A stretch of DNA of 63,190 bases, the filler included, from Streblomastix strix (Eukaryota), in NCBI GenBank assembly GCA_008636045.1. It is 4 parts of 4 records of this genome, joined end to end, with 100 filler letters (N's around TTAATTAATTAA, not from the genome) between each part and the next. Parts side by side here need not be neighbours in the genome. Positions count along the whole stretch, not along the records: positions 15,843 to 31,578 come from SNRW01000945.1; positions 31,679 to 47,395 come from SNRW01000947.1; 2 more parts are not named here. One strand, given 5' to 3'. A program made the position numbers and the translations under genes. This document shows, in pieces, positions 25,701-37,600 of the stretch. How positions within the stretch are numbered: the first letter of the stretch is position 1; each line of letters starts with the position of its first letter. The notes below the pieces were generated by a model. The model searched no databases. It was not told the origin of the DNA and worked only from the letters and a program-made list of their open reading frames with translations.

Positions 25701-28700
25701 TTTATTTAACTTTAATTATTTTCCTTGTATTTTATTTCATTATATTATTTAATATTATCATAATTTATAGGAACAAATGATGCTCCTGCACTTTCAAAGG
25801 CTGATGTTGGATTTGCAATGGGAATAGCTGGTATAATAATTAAGAAATTATTAATAAGCAAACAAATATTTTTTTGTATTTTTTATTATTATTCAAAATA
25901 TCATAATAAATATTTATAGGAACTGAAGTTGCAAAAGATGCAGCAGCAATTATTATAACTGATGATAACTTTGCTTCAATAGTCAAAGCTGTGATGTGGG
26001 GTCGTAATGTTTATGATTCTATTCGGTTTGACTATAATTATTAATTTTTTACAATTATATTTATTTATTTTAATTAGTAAATTCATTCAATTCCAACTTA
26101 CTGTGAATGTCGCTGCTATAGTTATAGCTGTTTTTGGCGCAATATTCGCTATTACTCCACTAAGGTATATTAACTAAACTCACAATAAATTTTTATTATG
26201 AATTACTTCTTTCTCTTCTATTTCATATTTTTATGTTATATTAAGAGCTGTGCAAATGTTATGGGTTAATCTAATCATGGATACATTAGCTGCCTTGGCT
26301 TTAGCTACAGAAACACCTCACAGAGTATATAAATATTAATCTTTTATAAAAAAAATTATTGAATTAGTATTTTAAAAAATATTTTCTTATTAATAATATT
26401 TTTCTTAATTTATTTGATAAATCAGGCTCTTCTTTAGCGTAAGCCATATGGTAGAAACGATAATATCATTTGCAATTCGATGTGGAGGTATTGTAATTAA
26501 TTAAATAATTTTGATTTTTAAATTTTTAAAATTAAAATGTTAATATCATTTTTTATTTTTTTAATTATTTTTTTTTAACATTTGATAGAAACGTTGCATA
26601 TGGTGCAACATATTAAGCCGTCATTCTTATAATTAGTCTTATGTTGTGGGGAGAAACTGTATGATATAATAATGAAATAAGGATAGAATAGAGAATAAAT
26701 AACTTTTTACTTATTTTGTATTGTATTATATATATTATACTATATTATTATATCCATATTTTTAATAGGCTCCGATGGATAAACCAGAAGATCACGAAAG
26801 AGGATGTTCCTTAATTCAGCCTAACGATGAAATTATTGCCTCAGAGTTGATGTTCCCTAATGGAATTTGTAAGTATGAGGATAGTTTTTATTCAAATGAA
26901 AAATAAATAGATTAATAAATTTAAAGGAAATAATTGAATAAACTTTTATAAGTTACATTTATTCATTTGAATATATTATTTTATTACCAGGAAATTCCTC
27001 CTTGATCCAAAAGTACCGATTTTCTCAGAATAACATTTCTCGTTTATTTTCAATACGTTTATATGGATGTAAATATTCAATTGGATTCCATCGCGTAAAT
27101 GTTACAATGAGTTGAATTTCTTTTCGAGAATATTTGAGAACTTCATGTTTATCGCGATCTGGATCTCTGTAGCTGTATTGCAGGTATGATATCATAATTA
27201 ATATTAATAAATATCGTTACATATTTAAATGCCCTATTTAAATATATGTTGCTATATTGCAGGTGCTATAAAATTAATAACTATTTTTACATATTACAAT
27301 CTCATATTTTTGTTCTTCGTCTTTTTTTATACTTGATTAGGTAATAATTATGCTTGTTCCTGGATTGAGAGATGCTTTTTCTGTTATTCCCATATCTGGT
27401 ATTCGATTTATCTATAATATAACTAAATTAATACATTTTTATACTTATTTTAATTCATTATATTAACATTTAATCTATTTAATGTATTTAGCACAACTTT
27501 GGGGTATTAGTATTGGTCTTGCTATACTAATAATACCAGGTAAGCTCTTAGTCACTCTCTTATTCACAGTAAAAGATCCTTTTCATGGAGAAGTAGATAT
27601 AAAAGATGACCCTGGCGCTCCAGCAGGTATATTAGATAGATAATTATATTATACTGACATTGTATATAATGTATACATTAATTATATTTATCATTATCTA
27701 TATTAATTATCCTTAATCTAACTTATATATATAACCAGGTCTCTATACAGTAGGAGGTCGGCCTCCAGCAGGATGCACACTCAATTTGGGTGATCTGGAT
27801 TCAGGGGCGATGAATGATGAAGCTCCACCTCCACCACCAGCTGAGAATAAGGAAGAAGGAGATGGAGATGGAGATGATAATAAAGATAAGGAAGATAAAG
27901 ATAAAGAGAAGGAGAGGAAAGCAGAAGAGAAAGAAAGGAAAAAAGAGGAGAAGGAATAAGAGAAGAAGAATAAAGCAGAAGAGAAAGCTAATCAGGTTGC
28001 AGATGCTGCTAAGAAGAAAGCAGATGAAAAAGCATAGAATGTAATTGATAAAGGTAAAGAAGCTGCATCCAAATAAGCTCCCAATGCTATTAATTAATTA
28101 GGAGGAGCTTTAGGAACTGGCGTAGCTAATGCACTTGGAGGAGGTTAGACTGCACAATAGATAGGAAATGCAACTGGTGCAGCTATTCAATCAAATAATA
28201 CATAAAATGCAGCATAATAAGCTATATAACCATAATCTCTTAATCAAATTAAAATAGTTAAGCCAACATCACCTCCTTAAAAGGTTGTTAGATTCCCGCT
28301 GTCTCCATCTTAATCTTCAAATTAAGAATAACAATAATAATTATCATCACCAACTGCTGCATAATAACCTTCAAATATTGTATAATAATCTTCAAATGCT
28401 TCGTAACTGCCATAACTTCCTAAACTCCAATAATTCGCACAACCAAAACTTCCTCAGTTGCCTCAATTACCACCATTGGGCGTATCACCACGTTCAACAT
28501 AAGGTGTAACAACAGCTGCTTAATTAGGAATTAAATCCGGAGTGGCAAAAGCGTCAGATTTATTCCCATAAGCAAAATCTCCAAATCTGATTCAACAACA
28601 AACTTCATAACCCAAATAGCCAACATCAATAGACTTCCAATCAAATCCTAATTAATAAGCGATTAATTTAGACGGGTCTCCAATTAAAGGAACTGGCGTT

Positions 28701-29207
28701 ATCACAGGATGGGAGAAAGATGCCTAATCTGATAACTTAGCTACATCTGGTGCAGCTGTTGCCAAAGCTGTGAATATTGGGATGGGAAACATAACAACAA
28801 ACAATTAAAACAAAATACCAATCGCACTTCAGAACCCACTCCCAGCAATTAAAAGTATTTCTCCAACTACGAGTGTATCTGGAGTTGGTGTTGGAATTAA
28901 TAAATAACTGAATCCTATATAGCTTAATGGTATTTAGAATGTGAAACTACCTGAGTTACATCAGTTACCATAGCTTCCTTCATCAACTAATAATAACATT
29001 GGTTCTGGGCCTGCGCTTGTTCCTTAAGGTTAATTGCAAGATGGAGTATTAGGAGGCCCTGGATTATCAGATTTCAATCTTAATGGAATCAATTTAAATG
29101 GAATTGGGCTTCAACCAATTGACTTCAATTTTTAACCAAAATTTAATATTGATCTCAATTTGAATGGGAATGGAAATAGCAATCCAATTCAGGAATAGAA
29201 TATTTGA
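19725..29207 (+). CDS. PMCA: P-type Ca2+-transporting ATPase, type IIB (PMCA/PMC1-like), roughly 40 introns
   Basis: [159 protein letters not shown] 29205-29207. Confidence 0.95.
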
Positions 29208-29785
29208 AATTAAATAATATAATAATGAAAAGTGGGAGAATAAAAATATTAATATTGAAGATTTAATTACTAATGAAGAGAATTAAGATTAATAGAGAAC
29301 GAATAACCCAATAAATCTTCATTCATGAATGTTTAATAGCTTTTTTCTCCCTCGTTCATTCTATTATTATTTATTTGCACAAATTTTCACTTCATTTTTT
29401 AATCCTTTTCACTATGCAGGCTAATTTTACTATTAGAGAGGTTTTTTTTCCTTACCTTTTGACATAGATGAAACAATAGTTTTGATCATAATTTATAATC
29501 ATCAGTCATTAATCATTTCCCTACACATAACCAAACAATCCAAACAATAGTTTACAAATATATTTAAAATAAAATATAATAGGTATAGAAAACTGATTCT
29601 GGATGTATAGGCTTTATTTAATAATTAAGAATGATATAAGTTAATATTGTTGAAAATTTTAAAGTTAAACAATAAAATTAAAAAATAAATTCTTTCAAAT
29701 TGAAATGTATAAATACCCTTTTGTCTGAAGCCAGTTTGGCATTACTTCATATATATACTTATCAAAAAAAAATTATTGGTTGTGC

Positions 29786-31578
29786 TCAAAAGAATGTGAA
29801 TTAATTATTTCCATCTTTTTCATTTTCATTGTGTTATTTTGAATGTATTAATGGAGATGATTATGTTGAAGACGGAGGAATCTTTTGAGGAGTAGCTGGA
29901 AGAAATAAATCTTCTTTTTCATTCTTTCCAATTGAAATAACATTGTTCAATCTTTCTTCCTCCATCTGCCTATCTTCCAATATTTGTGGATATGTCTCAT
30001 TTTGATTAATCATTAATTATTCATCAGCAATCATCTGTTTATCCACAAATTTTGAAATTGGACTTATTACCATTTTCACTTTTGCTCACTTCGTTCCTCC
30101 TGATTTCAAATGCAACTTTGCTGCTACTCGGCACAAATGGAACCTTACGAGGATCAGACACAGCAGGTTTCCATGCATTGTTGAATCCAAATCCCAACTC
30201 ATTCATTCTCTCCTTTTCACTTTCACAATCACCTTCAGACATCGTCTCTCTATTATCTATTACTTTATTAGGGTCTTTTTCTTTGCTGTCTGAAGACTCA
30301 AGATCAAAGCGATCATAATCTGACCAGGTTTCAGGCTCTGCAATATCATCAAATAAATCAGAAGCTGCTTTTTTCATTTCATGTTGAACATCATCCATCA
30401 CTTACATGCTTAAAATAATTCCTTTTCTTTCTTACTTTTATGATCTTCCTAAATCAGATTGATTATCAATATGTGGTATCAAGTATCCAACATCTTTAGT
30501 GTTTAAAGAATTTATATTTTTATTTACTTATTAATTTGAAGTACTATTCACTTTAATTTTTGGATCTTTATTCTCTCTAACTACAAATTTATATACACTT
30601 TATGCTTTAATTGGAGGTATATCTCTATAACGATGTTTTCTTTTATTCGTTTTCTAATTAATTTAGTCACTTTGATTTTGCTATTCTTCTTATTTCTGTG
30701 AGTCAACTTTATCTTTGTGATGAGCTCTATGATGATGATGTCTATGTCTATGCAATGTTCCTTCATTTGATGAATCATCTAAGTTCTCCCAATATGCATG
30801 TGTGTCTTTAATTTACATTTGCTAATCTTCATTTTCTCTTATTACTTTTTCTTCTCTCCTTTTCTTCCTCCTTGTTTTCTTCACTCCAATATCTACATAT
30901 GATAAGTCAATACCACCAACTTGCATCTCAGCTCTGTTCTTACGCAACTGTTTCATCCTTTGAATCTCCAACATCCTCATTCTCTGCTCTTCCAGATACT
31001 TTAATCTCTCTTATTCTTTTTCTTTCTCAATTTCTTTTCTTTCTTCTTCTTCTTTCTTTCTCTCTTCTTCAAGATCTTTCTTATTACCCTCACTGACTGT
31101 ATCCGTATCTCTTTTTATTTTATCATTTTTTGCAATAGTTATTGGTAGTGGCATAGTCAAATATGTTACAAGTGTTTCAACATCCATATATTAATCATCC
31201 TTCTTCTTTTCTCTTTCTTGAATCTCATTTTGAATATTGACTATTTCAATCATCATTTGTCTATCTACATTCCTATCTGCTGCTATCATCTATTCTGCTG
31301 GAATTTACCAATCGAGTGTTGGTGTCAGAGTTGATGTTGAAGATGAAGATTCACTGTCCACAGAATTTGTTGGTGAAGCTCTGCCGTTTTTGTTGTTATT
31401 ATGAATATCAACCTATGGATTATGTGGATGTATTGATAAAGAGTGTTAGACAGGAAGAATAATCTCTGGTCGAGCATAATTAGATGATGATTATTGTTAT
31501 TATGCATCCAATAATGAGTTTGTTGCTGGAATCAAGTCAAACTTAGTTTATTGGCTTTTGATTTCAATCTAAGGTTGA
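29786..31578 (-). CDS. 3' part of a hypothetical low-complexity, charged protein (cut by scaffold end; possible 1-nt frameshift near 30050)
   Basis: Long frame with TAR=Q (QPQIEIKSQ...EEERKKEEEKKLRKKKEQERLKY...HRHRHHHHR...DIAEPETWSDYDRF). It stops at TGA near 30024, but an adjacent frame continues to TGA 29786. Confidence 0.65.
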
Positions 31579-31678
31579 NNNNNNNNNNNNNNNNNNNNNN
31601 NNNNNNNNNNNNNNNNNNNNNNTTAATTAATTAANNNNNNNNNNNNNNNNNNNNNNNNNNNNNNNNNNNNNNNNNNNN
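31579..31678. other. Artificial scaffold-joining spacer
   Basis: 44 N + TTAATTAATTAA + 44 N. Confidence 0.97.
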
Positions 31679-32263
31679 AATATAATTTATTATGAATATA
31701 AAGTAGAAATTTATTTGTAGAATGAGTTGCGCTAAATTTATTATTGTTAAATTTCAATTTACTCTAGCTGCATATCTTCATTGAAAAAACGAGTAAATAA
31801 ATAAATCAATAATATTATTTGATCATGTAGTAAGAAAAAATCATTTAAAATTAGTGTTTACTATTTGTGTAGAATAGAAAAATAGATTCTTTGTATGGAT
31901 GTTATTACAGCCATTACAGACTTCCAAATGTCTGGCTAGCAGTATGAATATGAAATATATTACTGTTACAAATATGTAAAATTATCTATCTTTAAATCTA
32001 ATTAGAGCTGCCTGAATTATCATTTAATATTTCGATTGCAACTATAAAATGAATAAAAGAGTTTATTTATTACATAATTGATTACAGATTTGATCAATTA
32101 AGCATAAAAAAATCAATAAAAAAGTAACAATGAAAAAATACCTCATATTAAATACTATTAATTCTATCAAGAAAAAAGATATTTAAGTCAGTTGGGATCA
32201 GATATTTAAGAGCGCCATTGAGAATTCACAATTTAATTTTCAGTTTTTTTATTCAATTTCTTA

Positions 32264-32670
32264 CAAATTCCTATCAGATGCTATTAGAGGGTTCTAACTT
32301 CCAGCATCATATTGCCTAGACGAATTATCGCAATTTATTAGATATTGCGGAGACATTGGTGAAGAAATATGATTTTATGAACTGTTTGTCCAAATTTGTA
32401 TCACTACCAGCTACATCCGCAGTAGAAAATGCCCAGCATCTATGAAATATTTACAGATTAGCAATATAAAAATAAATATATATTTACAAACGCTCCACAA
32501 GAGCCTTAATGATTCACTTTCGAAATTGCGCCTCTTTCATTGGGGAATTATTCTCGCCAATCGAACTTTACTGGTAACTATTCTTTTGGTAAATATGAAT
32601 TGAACACGTACTTTGTGCAAGAATTCATCACAAAAAGAACAACAGAGAAATAAACAATTTGTAGACGCAT
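32264..32670 (-). CDS. Papain-family (C1A) cysteine protease, N-terminal part; one frameshift, 3' part not resolvable
   Basis: MRLQIVYFSVVLFVMNSC-TKYVFNSYLPKEQLPVKFDWREQFP...VNHQGSCG|ACWAFSTADV (intron 32440-32491), then in a shifted frame MSPQYLINCDN. Catalytic His/Asn not seen before the scaffold end. Confidence 0.85.
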
Positions 32671-33227
32671 GAACTATAAATGAATCAAAAAAATTTATTT
32701 AATAAGATAAATATTTAGAAGTAATTGTAATGAATCAATTAATTGTAATGATAAATATTAGTCTTGTGTTAGATTTCGAATAAAAATTGTTAAAGAAAAT
32801 TGAAAATTACACTATTAATTCAGTGAATAACCAAATATATAAAAATAGCGCATAGATCATTTTGTTTTGAATTGTTTTTTTGCTTCGAATTCTTTAATTT
32901 TTATCAATATGAAAAGATAGCAAGGTTAATATATAGTTTTAATTTCGAATTATGCAATAATTTCAATCATATGAATTACAAATTTAGAAATTGAATAAAT
33001 GTAGCGTAACGACCTGTAATGTTCAATTTTCAATTTTATCTGAACAAATCTAATAATAACAATTGATAAGAATTTCAAATAATTTATTGATTTAAATATA
33101 TGTTTATAACACAAGCAACAAAATTATATTTCGTTAAATCGTGTTTAGGGAGGGAATTAAATATCGCATCATATTTGAAACTAATTGTTTTATATTCTTT
33201 TTTTTGTGCAATTATTTTCTAGAATAC

Positions 33228-33769
33228 ATGCTAATATTTGTCCTTATTGTGGCACTTTGTCAATCATCTACACTTTCAACTAAAATTCGACAAATACCCA
33301 GAATTACAACTTTGTAAACTTATGTAAACGATACATTTGAGATAAAACTTCCAGTGTCATTAACAACTGGCTATAGATGGATATTGAGGACAGCATTGAA
33401 CGATGATGAAAGTTAGTATTTAATTTTATTGTTTATTAATTATCATTTTACAAATTTAATAATAATTTGACTCAGGCATTATCAAGATAATTAGTGAAAT
33501 TTATCTCCCCGATGAATCAATTAATTACAATGAAATAACAACTTTCGTATGTAACAAATTTATATTTTATTTTTTTTTTCATCGTTTTTTTCAACAATTT
33601 TTATTTTAAACTGATTTAATATTTATAGTGTGGTGGAGTTGAAACATAAGCGATTACTTTCATTGCTCAAAAGACCGGAACATTAGACATTGAATACATT
33701 TATCGTCAGATATGGCTTGAAGTAAGACCAGAAAATGAAATTCGCATATATCATGTTATTGTTGATTGA
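33228..33769 (+). CDS. Chagasin-family (MEROPS I42) cysteine-protease inhibitor with signal peptide, 131 aa
   Basis: Exons 33228-33411, 33476-33546, 33629-33769: MLIFVLIVALCQS...DTFEIKLPVSLTTGYRW...FCGGVETQAITFIAQKTGTLDIEYIYRQIWLE...IYHVIVD*. Matches the three I42 loops NPTTGYxW, GxGG and YxRPW. Confidence 0.85.
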
Positions 33770-33879
33770 TTGAAATTAGTAAAATAAACCATTTACAATG
33801 TATATTCCATGTTTTTACTTGTGTTACGCATGATAATAAATATATTTATATTATTTATTTATTTATGAAAATATTTTAA

Positions 33880-34012
33880 CATTCGTTGACAATTCAGTTA
33901 AAGCACCACCCAGCTTTAAATTACTTTCAGCGAGAAGAAGTCTTAGAGTTGCATTTTCTTCTTACAATTTTGTGCAGCTCACGCAAGGTTACGAAATTTA
34001 TGTTTCACTCAT
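33880..34012 (-). CDS. Short ORF or orphan first exon (CxxC followed by coiled-coil)
   Basis: catag-ta-ATG then MSETQISQPCVSCTKLQEENATLRLLLAESNLKLGGALTELSTN; less AT-rich than its flanks; 3' end unclear. Confidence 0.35.
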
Positions 34013-34659
34013 TACTATGAAAAATGAACAAAAAATTAAATATAACAAAAGAAATTCAGAGATAGTAGATTTCTTTTTATGCAAATTTGTTTAGGATTAT
34101 TTCCAATTTTTTAATATGATTTATTATTTGTGAATAATTAAAATAAAATAATTGAAAAAATATAATTATGAAAATTAATAAATATATTTAATTTTAAATT
34201 TATAAAATCGTGAGAAAATCAATTTTTAATTATAAAATTTTTTGTCCTCCAACACTTGTGTCTGGAAAGGTTAATTAAATAGTTTCAATGATAATTGATG
34301 GTAATTAAAATAAATTAATATTTTTGAACTCATATATACTTGCGATATTACCTTGGTATCGCACAACAATTTCACAAAGAATAAAATCTTTTAAAAATTG
34401 ATTCATAACTAAATAATATTTCTTAATTGTTATATAGATATATATTGCGAAATAAGTAAATGGTGATCAATACATAAACAAATAGTAGCAATAAAATTAA
34501 CGAAGTGTTATATGATTAAAAAAATACGAAAAAGAAAAGTATCACTCATGGTTTTATCAAATCACAGAAACGACATAAATAAACAAAAACCAATATCAAT
34601 ATAAAAATAGAATATAGTTCTATCTTGCATATTCTCGATGAAGTAAGAAGGTTTTTTTT

Positions 34660-37600
34660 TCAACTGACGCTGTCAAAAATAAACAGTTCAACAGAGACGG
34701 GTTGATAATCGAAGAGGTCGATATCATAGTTGGCATTGTTTGAGTCAGCGGTGTCATTTCCACTAATTTTGTCGTCTTTTGTCTTTTCTTTGTCTTTCTG
34801 CGCCGATTTTTCATCAAAATTCGCATTTTTATTGGAATTTCCACTGCTGTCTGTTTTTTCGCTTTAAATCGCTTTTAATTTTTGATGGTTTATTTTTTCT
34901 TCAATTTGTTTCCTTTTCTTTAATTATTGTTTGACGTACTCTGAGTATTCTCTTTTCCACTCTTCTTCCTCTCGCGGGAAGCGTAACTGACACCTAAACA
35001 GGAATAAATGAATAATAAATAAAATATTTAATAAATAAATATTAATAAATAAATGAAAATAAATTAATAAAAATAACTTCCATATTATAATTTAAATTGA
35101 AATTATAAGATCAAACCAAGCTCCTTTGTTTCCGCTTATCCCGCAGTAATTGGGAGCACTGAAGACAGTTAAACAACGACCCTGAAATTAACACAAAAAT
35201 AAACATATTAAATTAATGTAAAATTAAATTATTTTAATATATTATTATTAATTATTTATATACTATTAAATATTGATATATTAATTAAATCAACCAAACC
35301 TACGACTCAATCCACTGCAACCTCTGCACTTCTTCATCAATCTCCTGATCTTTCGCTGCTCTTTCCTCTCTTCCTTATTATCTTATTCTCATTTCATCTA
35401 AAATCTGTTTCCTTTGATTCTGCTTCTCTCTGGAACTATCAAACTGGGGTTTAAACTTCTCCTGTGACATCTGCCTGAGTATATGAGATGGTGGGGCAAC
35501 TTAGATCTCATTATCATCCTCACTCAGTTGTGTGTTGACTTCAGAGATGGTTGTTGATGAGCTCTGCGTGCTTTCGGAGGTGACGATTTTTTAATCAGAG
35601 TTGGTTTTATTGATTAATTTTGTTATTGGATCGGGTTTTGATTGATGTTCAGGTGATACTATATCTTCTTCGAATTTGATACGTATGTTGCTGTCTTTTC
35701 TGGTTAGAAGACTTCCACTATCGTTTTTCAATACATCTAATTATTAATTATCTTTATCTCCTTTATCTAACTATTGCTCACTACTAACTAAATCCTCACA
35801 AAACATCATTCTATCTTCCTATTCCCACTGTTCCATTATTTGCTTATCTTTCTCCTCATCTTCCAAGTCTTGCTTGTATTATTCTTCAGTCCGCATCTGC
35901 TGGCACAATCTGTATGATGGAAGAAGATCGTTGTTGTCGATGGCTTCAGATTGGCCGCCTTGCCAGGAGAAACTGGGATTGGAGATTAGATGAGGAATAT
36001 ATTAATAATAAAATTATTATATATGGTAGCAATGGTAGAAAAGTAAATAATAAATTTATGCATATTTTTATTTCTATTAAATTAATAAATAAAATAATAA
36101 ATATAGGTTATACCCCTCCATCTTCATCTGATGAGATCTTATAATGAGATCTAACTTATTCTCTGCACAGAAATTCTTGGTCATATCAGATCCAAATAAA
36201 TTACCTATTAATAAAATAATAAATTGTAATTAATAAAAATTCAAATTGATAAATTTGAATTTAATTAAAAATATTAAAAAAAAATTATTTATTAAATTAA
36301 TTATTATGTGCCTGATCCTCTTTCTGATTATTAGAATCCATTTATATCATCTACTGGATCACTCCACAAAATATTGGTTGCAATATCACCTATAAATTTA
36401 ATGTAGATAAATAGTATATAATTTTGCAATAAGTTAAACAATAATAATAAATTAAATTAGTTTCATATATTATTTTTCTATTTAATTTTTCCTCTTATAT
36501 ATATTAATTAATGAATACCAGCCAATGTATGAGCAGATCTCTTAACATTCGCAATGTCAGTCAGTTTGTCTTACGGAGGAGGTGGAATTCCTCCATGACA
36601 GATCATTACATGACTATTAGTTATTCATATATATTAATAGATATATTAATGAATATGAATGAAAATAGAATGCAAAATAATATGAGTTACTTAAGAAAAA
36701 ATTATGGATAATATTAATATAATTAAGAAAAATTAATTGTTTTGATTTAAATATAAAATATTTTTATTCAAATATACTTATTAATATGTGCAGCCAGAGG
36801 AAGAGCGGAGAATAATCGACTAAAAGCAATATATGTAGATGGTTTGTATTTCCTATAAAAATATATAATAAAAAAATAATGAATTGAAAATTTGCTAATA
36901 TAAATATTAAATATATATAATTTTTCACTATTTATTTTATTAGAATATTAATTTTCAATTCATACCTACAAACTTCATCGCTGAATCCAAATATTGAATT
37001 CAATTCTGTTGCTTCGTGGTTTCCTCTGATTAAATAAACAGATTCTGGATGTGCAATCTTCAATGAAAGAACAATTGCCATTACCTATATAATATTAATA
37101 TAAATATATNNNNNNNNNNNNNNNNNNNNNNNNNNNNNNNNNNNNNNNNNNNNNNNNNNNNNNNNNNNNNNNNNNNNNNNNNNNNNNNNNNNNNNNNNNN
37201 NNNNNNNNNGTTCAGAGGATAAGGTGAGTTTAGACCTGATGAGTTTGAATATACAGATGAAACAGTTGTTGATGTTAGTGGTGGTGATGGAATCTGGGAC
37301 AATTGGAGGTTTTTGGATGCTGGAGAATTTTGTTGTTGTTATGGTGATAATAAATGTTGTTATTGTTGTTATGATTATGTTGATTGTTATTATTGTAGTT
37401 ATTATTATTAAGTTGCTTGTAGAGATGAAGTGTTTTCAGATGAGAAATGTGGTTAAGGTGATGGTTTAGATAGAATTTGCTCTTTGTTTTGCTGTTATTC
37501 AGGTGTTTATGCTGAATTTTCTTTGTCCACTCCTTATTTACGTGCATTCAGTGCATCTGAAACTTATTAATCAGTATAATTAACGAACTTAATTTCATCC

